NCBI GenBank assembly: GCA_033549025.1
Contig: JAWSUS010000024.1
Coordinates: 1-45,168 of the forward strand
Length of the DNA: 45,168 nucleotides
Source: Desulfuromonadales bacterium
GTDB lineage: Bacteria > Desulfobacterota > Desulfuromonadia > Desulfuromonadales > SZUA-540
Direction of reading: 5' to 3'
Shown piece by piece: positions 1 through 10,998 of this stretch (positions within the stretch are counted from its first letter, which is position 1; each line of letters opens with the position of its first letter). The notes beneath the pieces are model-generated. The model saw nothing but the letters and a program-made list of their open reading frames with translations, was not told where the DNA came from and did no database searches. Both the position numbers and the translations under genes were made by a program.

Positions 1-86
1 CGATCTAACGCCATACGAAAAGTTGCTGGATCATTTCTATGGCTTAAAAGTGTAAACAACGCGTTCAGATCTAACAACTATACCTT

Positions 87-887
87 TCACCGGGGGTTTT
101 TCAAGGACAGGGAACGGTGTGGGAGGTCACCGTACCATACCTCCATAAGACAAAGTCCACGTGGCGGTGCCGTTTTGCCTGAGCACTCCCTGTTCCCATG
201 GATCAGGAGCTGGGGGATATCTTCACAGGACCGCGCGCCCAGGCCAATCTCGACCAGGGTACCAACGATAATGCGAACCATGAATTTAAGGAACCCCCCA
301 CCTTTCACATCGATATGGAGCAACGGTCCCTCCTGAGCCATATCGATGGAGAAAATTTCGCGGGTAGTCGTTTTGGCGCCACAGTTGGACGCTCGGAAGG
401 CGCCGAAATCATGGCGCCCGACCAGGTAAGAAGCACCTTGCTGCATGGCCTGCAGGTCAAGGGTTTTTTTGATGGTCCAACATGTGTGACGATTGATAGC
501 GGCGCGTACGGGCGAAAGATTCAGGGTGTAACGATACCATTTGCCGCGGCTGTCAAAGCGTGGATGGAAAGTCAAAGGGACAAAACCGGCCTGCCGAATA
601 ACGATATCTTCCGGAAGGTAGCGATTGAGCCCGTCCCGAAAGGCCTTCTCCGGCAGCCTCCTTGAGGTTCTGAAGCAGGCCACCATGCCCAGAGCATGAA
701 CCCCGGCGTCAGTTCGCCCGGAAGAGACCAGGCGCACCGGATGCCCGAGCAAAGACAGGAGCGCCTCTTCGACGACCTGTTGAATGGCCGTGCCATTCGG
801 CTGAACCTGCCAACCGGCATAACGCGTGCCATCATATTCGACGACCAGCCTGACCTGTTTTTCAGTTTCATCCACCCCTGCGGACAT
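87..887 (-). CDS. truA: tRNA pseudouridine(38-40) synthase TruA
   Basis: Motifs YDGTRYAGWQ, catalytic SGRTDAGVHA, GRHDFGAF, GFLKFMVRIIVG and TAPPRGLCL; lies downstream of asd/usg as is typical. Confidence 0.96.
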   Translation of the reverse strand: MSAGVDETEKQVRLVVEYDGTRYAGWQVQPNGTAIQQVVEEALLSLLGHPVRLVSSGRTDAGVHALGMVACFRTSRRLPEKAFRDGLNRYLPEDIVIRQAGFVPLTFHPRFDSRGKWYRYTLNLSPVRAAINRHTCWTIKKTLDLQAMQQGASYLVGRHDFGAFRASNCGAKTTTREIFSIDMAQEGPLLHIDVKGGGFLKFMVRIIVGTLVEIGLGARSCEDIPQLLIHGNRECSGKTAPPRGLCLMEVWYGDLPHRSLSLKNPR

Positions 888-961
888 ACCGCCCTAGCTC
901 CCCAAACAAGGAGAGGGGACCAGCGGCCCCCTCTCAATTCAAACGTCCGACTCAATCCGGA

Positions 962-1981
962 TCAAAGGTGCTCAACCACAAGCAACTCGGCAATCTGGAC
1001 CGCATTCGTTGCCGCACCTTTGCGGAGGTTGTCCGATACGAGCCATACATTCAGGGCCGATTCAACCGACTCATCGGCCCGGACGCGTCCAACCAGAATA
1101 GCGTCCTGACCAACCGCATCGTTCATCGTCGGGATGCCTCCCGGATCCGTATCGTCAAAAACTGTCAGGCCAGGTGATTGCGCCATCAGCTCGCTGGCCT
1201 TGTCAGGAGCGATCTTTTCTTTCAACTCAACATTAACCATTTCACTGCATCCATAGAAAATCGGCACAGTGACGCTGGTGGCAGTGACCTGAAGATCGGG
1301 AGAACCCAAAATCTTTCTGGTTTCCCGAGCGATGTTCATCTCGTCGAGGGTGTAGCCATTGGACATAAAGCCAGCACCGTGAGAAAAGCAGTTGAAAGCA
1401 ACCTGACGAGAGAAGACCTTGCTCTCTGCCGGGCGACCGTTGAGAAGCTCCCCCGACTGCACCCGGAGTTCATCAACACCCTTGACACCAAAAGCAGATA
1501 CGGCGCGAAGAGCCGAAACCACTACCCGCCTGATACCACAAGCAGCCTGCAACGGCTTAAGAGCCATAACGAGAGGAATGGTGGCGCTGTCTGGGCTGGC
1601 CACAATGCCTTTCAACCGAAAATGTCCAAGGTCCAGAGAATTGACCTCGGGAACGATCAGGGGCACCTCTTCATCCATGCCCCAGTAACCGCTGAGATCG
1701 ATACACAGAGCGCCGGACTCCACAGCCACAGGACAGAATGCCTTGGAGAGTTCCTGGCTGACGGCAAAAAAGACAATATCCGTGCCGGAAAAGGAATCCG
1801 CCGCCAGCGCCTCCACGACAACGGGCTTGTCCTGGAAATCAAGGATTTCCCCCGCACTCGCTTCACTGGCCAGAAGGCGCACGGATTTAACCGGAAATTT
1901 CCGTTCGTCTAGAATCTCAAGGAGCTGAGAGCCGACGGCCCCCGTCGCACCGACAATGGTGATGTTCCATGTTTTAGGGAT
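962..1981 (-). CDS. usg: Aspartate-semialdehyde dehydrogenase-like protein (Usg type, catalytic Cys absent), 339 aa with probable ATC start
   Basis: The ORF track starts at 1882, but the frame stays open upstream and encodes IPKTWNITIVGATGAVGSQLLEILDERKFP (Rossmann motif). AAGGAG at 1989-1994 lies 7 nt before ATC (1979-1981). Also PLIVPEVN and DNLRKGAATNAVQIAE. IVASPDSAT replaces the catalytic IANPNCST. Confidence 0.85.
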   Translation of the reverse strand: MPKTWNITIVGATGAVGSQLLEILDERKFPVKSVRLLASEASAGEILDFQDKPVVVEALAADSFSGTDIVFFAVSQELSKAFCPVAVESGALCIDLSGYWGMDEEVPLIVPEVNSLDLGHFRLKGIVASPDSATIPLVMALKPLQAACGIRRVVVSALRAVSAFGVKGVDELRVQSGELLNGRPAESKVFSRQVAFNCFSHGAGFMSNGYTLDEMNIARETRKILGSPDLQVTATSVTVPIFYGCSEMVNVELKEKIAPDKASELMAQSPGLTVFDDTDPGGIPTMNDAVGQDAILVGRVRADESVESALNVWLVSDNLRKGAATNAVQIAELLVVEHL

Positions 1982-2026
1982 AAGCCTTCTCCTTCAGTTC
2001 AGAGCCTGTCGACTCCCCGGTCGGAA

Positions 2027-3124
2027 TTACTGCTCACGAAGAATACGAAGCATGCGACGCAGCGGCTCCGCCGCTCCCCACAACAACTGATCGCCGCAAG
2101 TAAAAGCCGACAGGTACTGGGGTCCCATCTTCATTTTGCGCAGGCGGCCAACAGGTATGGACAGGGTTCCCGAAACAGCCGTCGGCGTCAATTGCTCCAG
2201 CGAGTCGGCCTTGGTGTTGGGCACCAGCTTGACCCAATCATTGTCGTTCTTTATGAGCGCTTCAATGTCCGCCATCGGCACATCCTTGGTCAGGCGGATC
2301 GTCAGGGCCTGACTGTGACAGCGCATGGCGCCCACACGGACACAGATGCCGTCAATCGCAATGGGCTGCTGGAGACCCAGAATCTTATTGGTTTCGGCAT
2401 AGCCTTTCCATTCCTCGCGGCTTTGCCCGTCCTCAACCTCCCGATCAATCCAGGGCAGGAGGCTGCCGGCCAAGGGATAACCAAACTCTTTGGTCGGCAG
2501 GGTGCCATCACGCAGGGCCGCAGTCACCTGGCGATCAATATCGAGAATGGCAGAGGCCGGGTCCTGAAGCAGGGGCTCCACCGTTCCGTGCAGAGCGCCC
2601 ATCTGACTGAGCAATTCTCGCATGTTGGGGGCACCGGCGCCGGAAGCCGCCTGATAGGTCATGGAGGTCAACCATTCGACGAGACCGGCGCGAAACAGCC
2701 CTCCCAGCGCCATCAGCATGAGACTGACGGTACAGTTGCCGCCGATAAAATCTTTCTGTCCGTTGGCCAGGGCCTGGTCGATCACATTGCGGTTGACGGG
2801 ATCCAGAATGATGACCGCATCTTTTTCCATACGCAGGCTGCTGGCCGCGTCGATCCAGTATCCCTTCCAGCCAGCCTGGCGCAATTGGGGGTGTACGGCC
2901 TTGGTGTAGTCTCCACCCTGACAGGTCAGAATGACATCAAGTTTTTTGAGTTCATCGATATCATCCGCCTTTTTCAGGGTTCCAGCCCCCATGGGAGCAG
3001 GTGCTCCCGCCTGGGAAGTCGAGAAGAAAACGGGCTCGATGCCGGAGAAATCATCCTCCTCCTGCATGCGCTGCATAAGAACCGAGCCGACCATGCCACG
3101 CCAACCGATAAGACCGACTTTCAT
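2027..3124 (-). CDS. asd: Aspartate-semialdehyde dehydrogenase (proteobacterial long type)
   Basis: [10 protein letters not shown], catalytic [27 protein letters not shown] and [12 protein letters not shown]. Confidence 0.97.
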   Translation of the reverse strand: MKVGLIGWRGMVGSVLMQRMQEEDDFSGIEPVFFSTSQAGAPAPMGAGTLKKADDIDELKKLDVILTCQGGDYTKAVHPQLRQAGWKGYWIDAASSLRMEKDAVIILDPVNRNVIDQALANGQKDFIGGNCTVSLMLMALGGLFRAGLVEWLTSMTYQAASGAGAPNMRELLSQMGALHGTVEPLLQDPASAILDIDRQVTAALRDGTLPTKEFGYPLAGSLLPWIDREVEDGQSREEWKGYAETNKILGLQQPIAIDGICVRVGAMRCHSQALTIRLTKDVPMADIEALIKNDNDWVKLVPNTKADSLEQLTPTAVSGTLSIPVGRLRKMKMGPQYLSAFTCGDQLLWGAAEPLRRMLRILREQ

Positions 3125-3183
3125 ACGAGTATTCCTTTTGATAACAAATAGGGTTTCAACAATTGCCGCTCCGGGAGGTTGCC

Positions 3184-4272
3184 CTATAGAGCAGCGACGA
3201 TCGCGTCACCGATCTCCTTGGTATTGACCAGTTTTTCACCGGCCTTCTTCTGGTAGATGTCGCGGGTGCGGTATCCCTGCTCGAGGACCTGCTCGACGGC
3301 CGACTCAATGGCTTCTGCGGCCTCAGTCATCCCGAAGGAATAACGCAGCATCATCGCGGCAGAAAGGATCTGGGCAATAGGATTGGCAACGCCCTGACCG
3401 GCAATATCGGGAGCGCTGCCGCCGGACGGCTCGTACATGCCGAAGGAGCCTTCGGCCAACGAAGCCGAAGGGAGCATGCCGAGTGAGCCGGTCAGCATGG
3501 CTGCCTCATCGGACAGAATATCACCGAACATGTTTTCGCAAAGCAGTACGTCAAACTGCTTGGGCCAGCGTACAAGCTGCATGGCCGCATTATCCACATA
3601 CATATGGCTCAATTCGACATCGGGATACTGCTTGGCGATGTTGACAACAACCTCTCGCCAGAGAACGGAGGTGGACAAGACGTTGGCTTTATCGATGGAG
3701 CACAGTTTCTTGCCCCGCTTTTGAGCTGCCTGGAAAGCCACATGCGCAATGCGTTCGATCTCGGGGATGCTGTAGCGCATCGTATCGACACCGACGCGAT
3801 CGGCCCCCTCCCCCTCAATACCCTTGGGCTGGGAAAAATAGATGCCCCCGGTCAGTTCCCGCACGACCAGGACATTGAAGCCCCCTTCGATGACCTCTTC
3901 CTTGAGGCTGGAGGCACCCGTCAACGCCGGAAAGATAATGGCCGGCCGCAGATTGGCATAAAGACCGAAAATTTTCCGCAGGGGAAGCAGGGCACCGCGC
4001 TCGGGTTGTTCGTCCGGCGGCAACGATTCCCACTTGGGGCCGCCGACACTGCCAAACAAGATGGCATCCGACGCCTTGCAGAGATCGACCGTGGTGGCAG
4101 GCAGAGCCTTGCCTTCGTTGTCTATGCCGGCACCTCCGACGTTGGCAAAGGCACGTTCGAAACGGACCTCAAACTTTTTTTCAACCGCGTCGAGCACTTT
4201 CAGGGCCTCTTCCATCACTTCAGGACCAATCCCGTCTCCAGGCAAAACGGCAATTTTGAATTCTTTGGACAT
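3184..4272 (-). CDS. leuB: 3-isopropylmalate dehydrogenase
   Basis: [39 protein letters not shown] and [13 protein letters not shown]. Start is 4272 or 4278, after SD AAGGAG. Confidence 0.97.
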   Translation of the reverse strand: MSKEFKIAVLPGDGIGPEVMEEALKVLDAVEKKFEVRFERAFANVGGAGIDNEGKALPATTVDLCKASDAILFGSVGGPKWESLPPDEQPERGALLPLRKIFGLYANLRPAIIFPALTGASSLKEEVIEGGFNVLVVRELTGGIYFSQPKGIEGEGADRVGVDTMRYSIPEIERIAHVAFQAAQKRGKKLCSIDKANVLSTSVLWREVVVNIAKQYPDVELSHMYVDNAAMQLVRWPKQFDVLLCENMFGDILSDEAAMLTGSLGMLPSASLAEGSFGMYEPSGGSAPDIAGQGVANPIAQILSAAMMLRYSFGMTEAAEAIESAVEQVLEQGYRTRDIYQKKAGEKLVNTKEIGDAIVAAL

Positions 4273-4342
4273 GTGCATCAATCTCCTTCAAATATATTCA
4301 ACAGATAAAAACCAGTTAAAATTCGATAGGTTCGACAGGCAA

Positions 4343-4371
4343 AATATAGGTACCCCCCCGTTCATTGTCAA
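4343..4371 (-). promoter_or_regulatory. Sigma70-type promoter for leuB-asd-usg-truA
   Basis: Minus strand TTGACA (4371-4366), 17-nt spacer, TATATT (4348-4343). Confidence 0.75.
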
Positions 4372-4488
4372 ACTCTTTTTAGAGAACCACTGGACCGGGC
4401 TACCTTTTTGAGCCAAATATGGCACACTGATTATGCCACACTCGGCACACCCATGTCACCCCCAAAAGACCTCCGAGGGCACCTGCGC

Positions 4489-4514
4489 AAAAAAGGCCGG
4501 GCTAAGCCCGGCCT
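4489..4514 (-). terminator. Intrinsic terminator after leuD
   Basis: Minus strand AGGCCGGGC-TTA-GCCCGGCC followed by T6. Confidence 0.8.
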
Positions 4515-4539
4515 CCATGCAGTCAGGCAGCCAAGTCAT

Positions 4540-5076
4540 TTAATAGCGCGCATCGGCAAATTCAACCCATCCCCCGGCCTCAACCAGAGCCTTGTCGAAA
4601 GGAGAAATTTCAAACGAAAAGGCTTCCGTCGTGCCAGCCGTCACCGCGGTGATCGTCTGTGATTTCAAATCGACAGAAATCTTGACTTCTCCCTTTTTCT
4701 CCAGGCCAAAAAGACGGTCAAGGTCAGCCCTGGGCAGCTCAATGGCCAGCATACCGCCATTGAACATATTTTGCCGGAAAATCCGGGCATAACTTTCAGC
4801 AATAATGGTGTGCACCCCGTTCACTTCAAAAACCCAGGGCGCATGCTCACGCGACGACCCACAGCCGAAATTTTCCCGGCTCACGACAACGCGCGCATTA
4901 CGAAGCTTGTCGCCCTTGGGATCGAAGCCTTCAAGCTTGAGGTCTTCCAGCATGTAAGGCTGCAGAGCCTCCTTGGTGACCTCCGTCAGATATTTGGCCG
5001 GGATGATTTCGTCGGTATTGATATCGGACCGATCCAGAAAAATGGCTGGCCCTTCAAAAACTTTTTTACCATTCAT
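4540..5076 (-). CDS. leuD: 3-isopropylmalate dehydratase small subunit
   Basis: DINTDEIIPAKYL, NFGCGSSREHA and SYARIFRQN; follows leuC. Confidence 0.95.
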   Translation of the reverse strand: MNGKKVFEGPAIFLDRSDINTDEIIPAKYLTEVTKEALQPYMLEDLKLEGFDPKGDKLRNARVVVSRENFGCGSSREHAPWVFEVNGVHTIIAESYARIFRQNMFNGGMLAIELPRADLDRLFGLEKKGEVKISVDLKSQTITAVTAGTTEAFSFEISPFDKALVEAGGWVEFADARY

Positions 5077-5111
5077 TCGAAAACCTCACAAAAGACGTTG
5101 TCCGGTTGAAG

Positions 5112-6392
5112 TCAGGCCTGCCGGGGGTCGGTAATGACACCGGTCAGGGCCGTGGCTGCGGCGGTCGCGGGGCTCATGAGATGAACCATCCCCCCCTTGC
5201 CCATCCGGCCATTAAAATTACGGTTGCTGGTGGAAGCAGCGACCTCCCCTTCGGCCAACACCCCGTTACTCATACCCAGACAGGCGCCGCAGGTCGGGTT
5301 GGTCACGCAGAATCCGCTATCCATGAAAATCTGGATGATCCCCTCCTGGAGAGCGTCGTTAAATATTTTAGGCGTAGCGGGCGAGACAATTCCCCGCACG
5401 CTGTCGGCGATCTTCTTCCCCTTGAGAATGGCCGCGGCGACCCGCAGATCTTCAATCCGTCCATTGGTGCAGGTGCCGATATAGATCTGATCCACAGGGG
5501 TACCCGCCATTTCAGCGACGGGCTTGACACAATCAGGCTTGTATCCGAAAGTCACCTGCGGCTCCAGCGTTGAAACATCAAATTGGAGCACTTTCTCGTA
5601 GACGGCATCCTCGTCGGAACACCATTGACGGTATTCTTCCAAGGCGGCCTCGCGAGACGCATATTCTCCGGAGATAAAAGGCCAGAGATAATCGACCGTG
5701 GTCATGTCAGGCATGCAGATACCGCAGGTCCCTCCGGCCTCGATCGCCATATTGCACAGCGTCATGCGCGCTTCCATGGAAAACCCGTCAACGACAGAAC
5801 CACGGAATTCGATGACGCGATCCGTCGCCCCATTGACCCCGAGCTGACCGATGACGTAAAGGATAACGTCCTTGGCATAAACGCCCTCGGGCAACTGGCC
5901 GACAAGGTCCACGCGGATGGTCTTGGGAGTGCGGAAGGCACAGACCCCCTTGAGAATACCTACTTCAAGGTCAGTCGTCCCCACACCGGCGGCAAAAGAC
6001 CCGAAGGCCCCATGGGTGCAGGTGTGACTGTCTCCCATAATGACCGTAAAGCCGGGCCGAATATACCCTTTTTCAGGAAAGAGGGCGTGACAGACGCCAT
6101 TATGCCCGACATCAAAGAAGTCGCGAATACCATGTCGGCGGGCCCAATCACGCAGCATTTTGGCCTGAGTGGCCGTTTTGCTGTCCTTGGAAGGCGTGAC
6201 GTGGTCGATGACTGCCTTGATTTTGGTACTGTCGAACACCCGGTCCTTGCCCCGCCAGGCCAGGTCGGCAATGGCCACCGGGGTCGTTATTTCGTGACAC
6301 AATACCCGATCGAGGTCGAGCACCATGGTGCCAGGAAAGGGCTCGTCCCGCAGGTGCGCTTCAAAAATCTTTTCGGTAATGGTCTTTCCCAT
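5112..6392 (-). CDS. leuC: 3-isopropylmalate dehydratase large subunit (short 426-aa type)
   Basis: MGKTITEKI, DSHTCTHGAFG, 4Fe-4S ligands GTCTNGR and CGACLG, and STSNRNFNGRMG. Confidence 0.95.
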   Translation of the reverse strand: MGKTITEKIFEAHLRDEPFPGTMVLDLDRVLCHEITTPVAIADLAWRGKDRVFDSTKIKAVIDHVTPSKDSKTATQAKMLRDWARRHGIRDFFDVGHNGVCHALFPEKGYIRPGFTVIMGDSHTCTHGAFGSFAAGVGTTDLEVGILKGVCAFRTPKTIRVDLVGQLPEGVYAKDVILYVIGQLGVNGATDRVIEFRGSVVDGFSMEARMTLCNMAIEAGGTCGICMPDMTTVDYLWPFISGEYASREAALEEYRQWCSDEDAVYEKVLQFDVSTLEPQVTFGYKPDCVKPVAEMAGTPVDQIYIGTCTNGRIEDLRVAAAILKGKKIADSVRGIVSPATPKIFNDALQEGIIQIFMDSGFCVTNPTCGACLGMSNGVLAEGEVAASTSNRNFNGRMGKGGMVHLMSPATAAATALTGVITDPRQA

Positions 6393-6523
6393 ACATTCTC
6401 CTCAACTGGTCTTTTAATTTCGGGACGCTATCCTATTCCATCAAAAAGGCTAAGGCAACCCGGATTTTACAAAACAGCCGGGTGGAACAACTTCCGTCAC
6501 TCCGCCCGGCCGAAAAGAAATTG

Positions 6524-8062
6524 CTAAAGATGGATCCTCGTCCGGCTCATACCGCTGGAAAGCTTGTTCAAAGCGTTGATATAGGCTTTGGCGCTGGCCA
6601 CGATAATGTCTGGATGCGCGCCCTGGCCGAGAACCTCGCGCCCGCCATCTTCAAGGCGCACGGTGCACTCGCCTTGCGCGTCGGTGCCACCGGTAATGGC
6701 CCCGACCGAAAAATGGAGCAGACGGGCCTTGGTCTTGGCCAGCTTTTTGATCGCCTTGAAGGTGGCGTCAACCGGACCGTCCCCCATGACCGCTGCCTTG
6801 CGGATTTTGCCGTCGATTTCAAGCTGAACAGTAGCCGTGGGAGCAGCAAAGGATCCGGAAGATACATTCATCTGCAGAAGCTTGTATTTCTCGGGTCCTC
6901 GGATGATTTCATCGGCCACAATGGCGTCCAAATCCTCATCGAAAATTTCTTTTTTCTGATCAGCCAGAGCCTTGAATCGCACAAAGGCTTTCTCGATGTC
7001 CTCCTTGCCAAGATCGTAACCCAGTTCCTGAAGGCGCTGAATAAAGGCATGACGCCCCGAATGCTTGCCGAGCACCAGCTTGTTCTGGTTGAGGCCGATG
7101 GACTCGGGCGTCATAATTTCGTAGGTAGACTTTTCCATCAGCACGCCATGCTGATGGATGCCGGCTTCATGAGCAAACGCGTTGGCGCCGACGATCGCCT
7201 TGTTGGGCTGCACGGTAATTCCCGTAATGGTGGCGAGGAGCTTGCTGGTCGGATATATGTGCTCCGTGACGACCTTGGTCTGAAACGGCAGGATATCCTG
7301 TCTGGTGCGCAGAGCCATGACCACTTCCTCAAGCGAGCAGTTGCCGGCCCGCTCACCAATACCGTTGATGGTGCACTCAACCTGCTGCGCACCGGCCTGA
7401 ACAGCGGCGAGAGAATTGGCGACGGCAAGCCCGAGATCGTTATGACAGTGAACGGAAATAACCGCCTTGTCGATATTGGGTACGTTTTCCAGGAGGTAGG
7501 TGATTATCCGCGAGTACTCCGACGGAATGGTATAACCTACCGTGTCCGGAATATTGACGGTGCAGGCGCCGGCCTCGATGACGGCTTCGACAACCCGGGC
7601 CAAAAAAGGCAGGCGGGTGCGCACGGCGTCCTCGGCCGAGAACTCCACATTGGGGGTGTAGCCGGCAGCCCGCTTGACGGCCTTGACCGCCGTTTCGACC
7701 ACCTCGTCTTCGCTCATTTTGAGCTTGTACTTCATGTGGATATCGCTGGTGGCGATAAAGGTATGGATACGGCCGCGCTCCCCGGCATACTTCAAGGCTT
7801 CCCAGGCCCTGTCGATATCCTTGTCGTTGGCCCGGCACAGCCCGGCAATCTGACACCCCTTGATGGTCTGGGCTATTTTCTTAACCGCTTCGAAGTCCCC
7901 CTCCGAAGCGATAGGAAAACCGGCTTCGATGACATCCACGTTCATCTTTTCCAACTGATGGGCGATACGCAGCTTTTCCTCAATATTCATGCTCGCGCCG
8001 GGAGACTGTTCACCATCACGCAGGGTCGTATCAAAAATTATAACGGTCTTGGCATCACTCAT
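6524..8062 (-). CDS. leuA: 2-isopropylmalate synthase
   Basis: [42 protein letters not shown] and the C-terminal regulatory GDGPVDA. SD GAGGAG favours the ATG at 8062. Confidence 0.97.
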   Translation of the reverse strand: MSDAKTVIIFDTTLRDGEQSPGASMNIEEKLRIAHQLEKMNVDVIEAGFPIASEGDFEAVKKIAQTIKGCQIAGLCRANDKDIDRAWEALKYAGERGRIHTFIATSDIHMKYKLKMSEDEVVETAVKAVKRAAGYTPNVEFSAEDAVRTRLPFLARVVEAVIEAGACTVNIPDTVGYTIPSEYSRIITYLLENVPNIDKAVISVHCHNDLGLAVANSLAAVQAGAQQVECTINGIGERAGNCSLEEVVMALRTRQDILPFQTKVVTEHIYPTSKLLATITGITVQPNKAIVGANAFAHEAGIHQHGVLMEKSTYEIMTPESIGLNQNKLVLGKHSGRHAFIQRLQELGYDLGKEDIEKAFVRFKALADQKKEIFDEDLDAIVADEIIRGPEKYKLLQMNVSSGSFAAPTATVQLEIDGKIRKAAVMGDGPVDATFKAIKKLAKTKARLLHFSVGAITGGTDAQGECTVRLEDGGREVLGQGAHPDIIVASAKAYINALNKLSSGMSRTRIHL

Positions 8063-8224
8063 CGCTTCCATCTCCTCATTGATGTTCCGGCTACAACCAA
8101 TCGCTGGTCCGGGCAGTTCGTGTACATTTGCGTCCTTAGGCCATGGCGGCCCGACTCAATCCAACATAGGCCTAGGTCTCCAAGGTCTGTTTCCACACGA
8201 CCACCCCCTTTCCACCTGTTTGCA

Positions 8225-8475
8225 CAAAAAAAGCTCTCGCCCCAATTGCAGGGGCGAGAGCCTTGGCTTCGCGGTACCACCCTGATTCGGTCTTCCGTGG
8301 AAGACCCTTCTTTGGCCCTTTACGCGGACTGTCGGCGATGGCTATCTCTCGTTATCGCAAAGATTCACCAACGCGGCTCCAAGGCGAGTTCAACTCTCCA
8401 CAGTACCGGCTCGCAGCGACCGCCGGCTCTCTGGAACTGGGGTTAGAGTCTACTACTCCTCTTCAACGCCTTTAT
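8225..8475 (-). promoter_or_regulatory. Leucine T-box riboswitch (transcription antitermination) upstream of leuACD
   Basis: Minus strand: stem I with AGTA, AGAGA and GCTG elements; GAA-CTC specifier (Leu codon, 8388-8386); T-box AATCAGGGTGGTACCGCG (8287-8270); terminator GCTCTCGCCCC-N7-GGGGCGAGAGC-T7. Confidence 0.93.
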
Positions 8476-8615
8476 TACTATAGACTGAGAATAAAACAGA
8501 GGTTCCGGTCCTTGTCAAGGCCTTTCCCTTGATTTACAGAGCTGAAACGTCGTTTTTCACTCAGGCTGTACAGGGTTTGACCCCATCGAAGAAAAAGGGC
8601 TCTGACGTGCGACAC

Positions 8616-9260
8616 TTATCGGATATAGCCGATAATGGTTTCGCCACCGATGGTATTGTCTCCCACGACCGAAGTCACCTCGGCCCCAGGAGGGAAATAG
8701 ATGTCGACCCTTGAGCCGAAACGGATCAGGCCGTAGCGCGCGCCTTTTTCGAGAATCGACCCGATGACGGGATAGGTGACGATGCGGCGGGCGACCAGTC
8801 CGGCGATCTGCACAAAGAGAAGTTTTTGGCCGCCAGAGGTTTCCAGCAGGATACCGGCCTGCTCATTCTGCAAGCTGGCCTTGTCGAGCGAAGCGTTGAA
8901 AAACTCGCCCTTGTTGTAAAACATGTCAAGCACCTTGCCGGGGAAAGGTACCCGGTTCACATGCACGTTAAAAACGGACATAAAAATGCTGACCTTGGTG
9001 ACTTCTTCCTTGAAGTAGCGCTCTTCCATCACGTTGCCGACAAAGATCACCTTGCCATCGGCAGGCGCCACCACCGCCTCCTCGTCAGGGGGAAGATACC
9101 GCTCCGGGTTACGGAAGAAATAGACGGTGAAAAGGGTCAGACACAAACTCACAAAGGTCAGGAAGCCCCAATCCAGCAGAGCGAACACCAGCGTAACAAA
9201 GGCAAATATCCCGATAAAGGGATATCCTTCCACGGCAACGATCTGGTTCTGATTGCGCAT
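8616..9260 (-). CDS. psd: Phosphatidylserine decarboxylase proenzyme (short type)
   Basis: YFFRNPER, APADGKV, SIFMSVFNVHVNRVP and the autocleavage site IRFGSRVD. Confidence 0.95.
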   Translation of the reverse strand: MRNQNQIVAVEGYPFIGIFAFVTLVFALLDWGFLTFVSLCLTLFTVYFFRNPERYLPPDEEAVVAPADGKVIFVGNVMEERYFKEEVTKVSIFMSVFNVHVNRVPFPGKVLDMFYNKGEFFNASLDKASLQNEQAGILLETSGGQKLLFVQIAGLVARRIVTYPVIGSILEKGARYGLIRFGSRVDIYFPPGAEVTSVVGDNTIGGETIIGYIR

Positions 9261-9286
9261 TTTGCCATCCTCGCGATAGGTCTTTC

Positions 9287-9318
9287 AAAAAACGAGGGCA
9301 GGCCGCAGCCTGCCCTCG
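9287..9318 (-). terminator. Intrinsic terminator after ilvC
   Basis: Perfect 11-bp stem CGAGGGCAGGC-N4-GCCTGCCCTCG followed by T6 on the minus strand. Confidence 0.8.
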
Positions 9319-9337
9319 GGGAGTTTAACCGAATATT

Positions 9338-10372
<1,035 letters not shown>

Positions 10373-10402
10373 TTATGGGGACCACCCCTAAAATAACGTT
10401 GT

Positions 10403-10431
10403 CTTATAGCACACAGAGCAGGCTACTGCAA
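10403..10431 (-). promoter_or_regulatory. Putative internal promoter for ilvC
   Basis: TTGCAG-N17-TATAAG with a TG extended -10 element. Confidence 0.45.
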
Positions 10432-10468
10432 AAGTTTTCGGCCAAAGGCCACAAGGATCGGGCAAAAC

Positions 10469-10963
10469 TCAGGCGCCTTTCCAGCTTTTCGGACCCCGGC
10501 CGAGCACGACGGGACCGGACCGGACCAGTTCCTTGATGCCCATGGGGCGCAGCAATTCGAGAATGGCATCCACTTTTCCGGGCGCACCGGTCACTTCAAT
10601 GGTGTAGGACCGCGCCGTCACATCGACAACTTTGGCTCGGAAAATGTCCGCGATGCGAAGCACTTCAGCGCGTGTATCCTCTTCGGCCGTCACCTTGATC
10701 AGGGCCAGTTCGCGCTCGACAAACTCCTGCCCGGTAAAGTCGATAACCTTGATGGTGCTGATCAGTTTATTGAGCTGCTTGTTGATCTGCTCAAGAATTT
10801 GCTCATCCCCACGAGTCACCAGAGTAATCCGGGAGATACTGGGATCCACCGTCGGGGCAACGGAAAGACTTTCAATATTGAATCCCCGGCCGGAAAACAA
10901 GCCTGCCACACGGGACAGAACACCAAACTCATTCTCGACCAGTACAGAAATCGTATGTTTCAT
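10469..10963 (-). CDS. ilvN: Acetolactate synthase small (regulatory) subunit
   Basis: ACT domain motif VENEFGVLSRVAGLFSGRGFNIESL and ERELALIKV. Confidence 0.97.
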   Translation of the reverse strand: MKHTISVLVENEFGVLSRVAGLFSGRGFNIESLSVAPTVDPSISRITLVTRGDEQILEQINKQLNKLISTIKVIDFTGQEFVERELALIKVTAEEDTRAEVLRIADIFRAKVVDVTARSYTIEVTGAPGKVDAILELLRPMGIKELVRSGPVVLGRGPKSWKGA

Positions 10964-10998
10964 TATGCCGTTCTCCTGAGTATCGATTCAAAAGCCTG

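Noticed and set aside
911..935. Hairpin GAGAGGGG...CCCCTCTC between usg and truA
   Set aside because: It lacks a clear U-tract; it may be a weak terminator or stabiliser, but support is insufficient.
6482..8446. 654-aa plus-strand ORF, and similar long ORFs at 2192-3151, 5583-6527, 11116-12102, 13033-14490 and 23930-25150
   Set aside because: These are antisense shadows of well-supported GC-rich genes, with no recognisable motifs.
8488..8518. TTGACA...TATTCT promoter upstream of the T-box
   Set aside because: The position is plausible but the 19-nt spacer is non-optimal, so it was not called as a feature.
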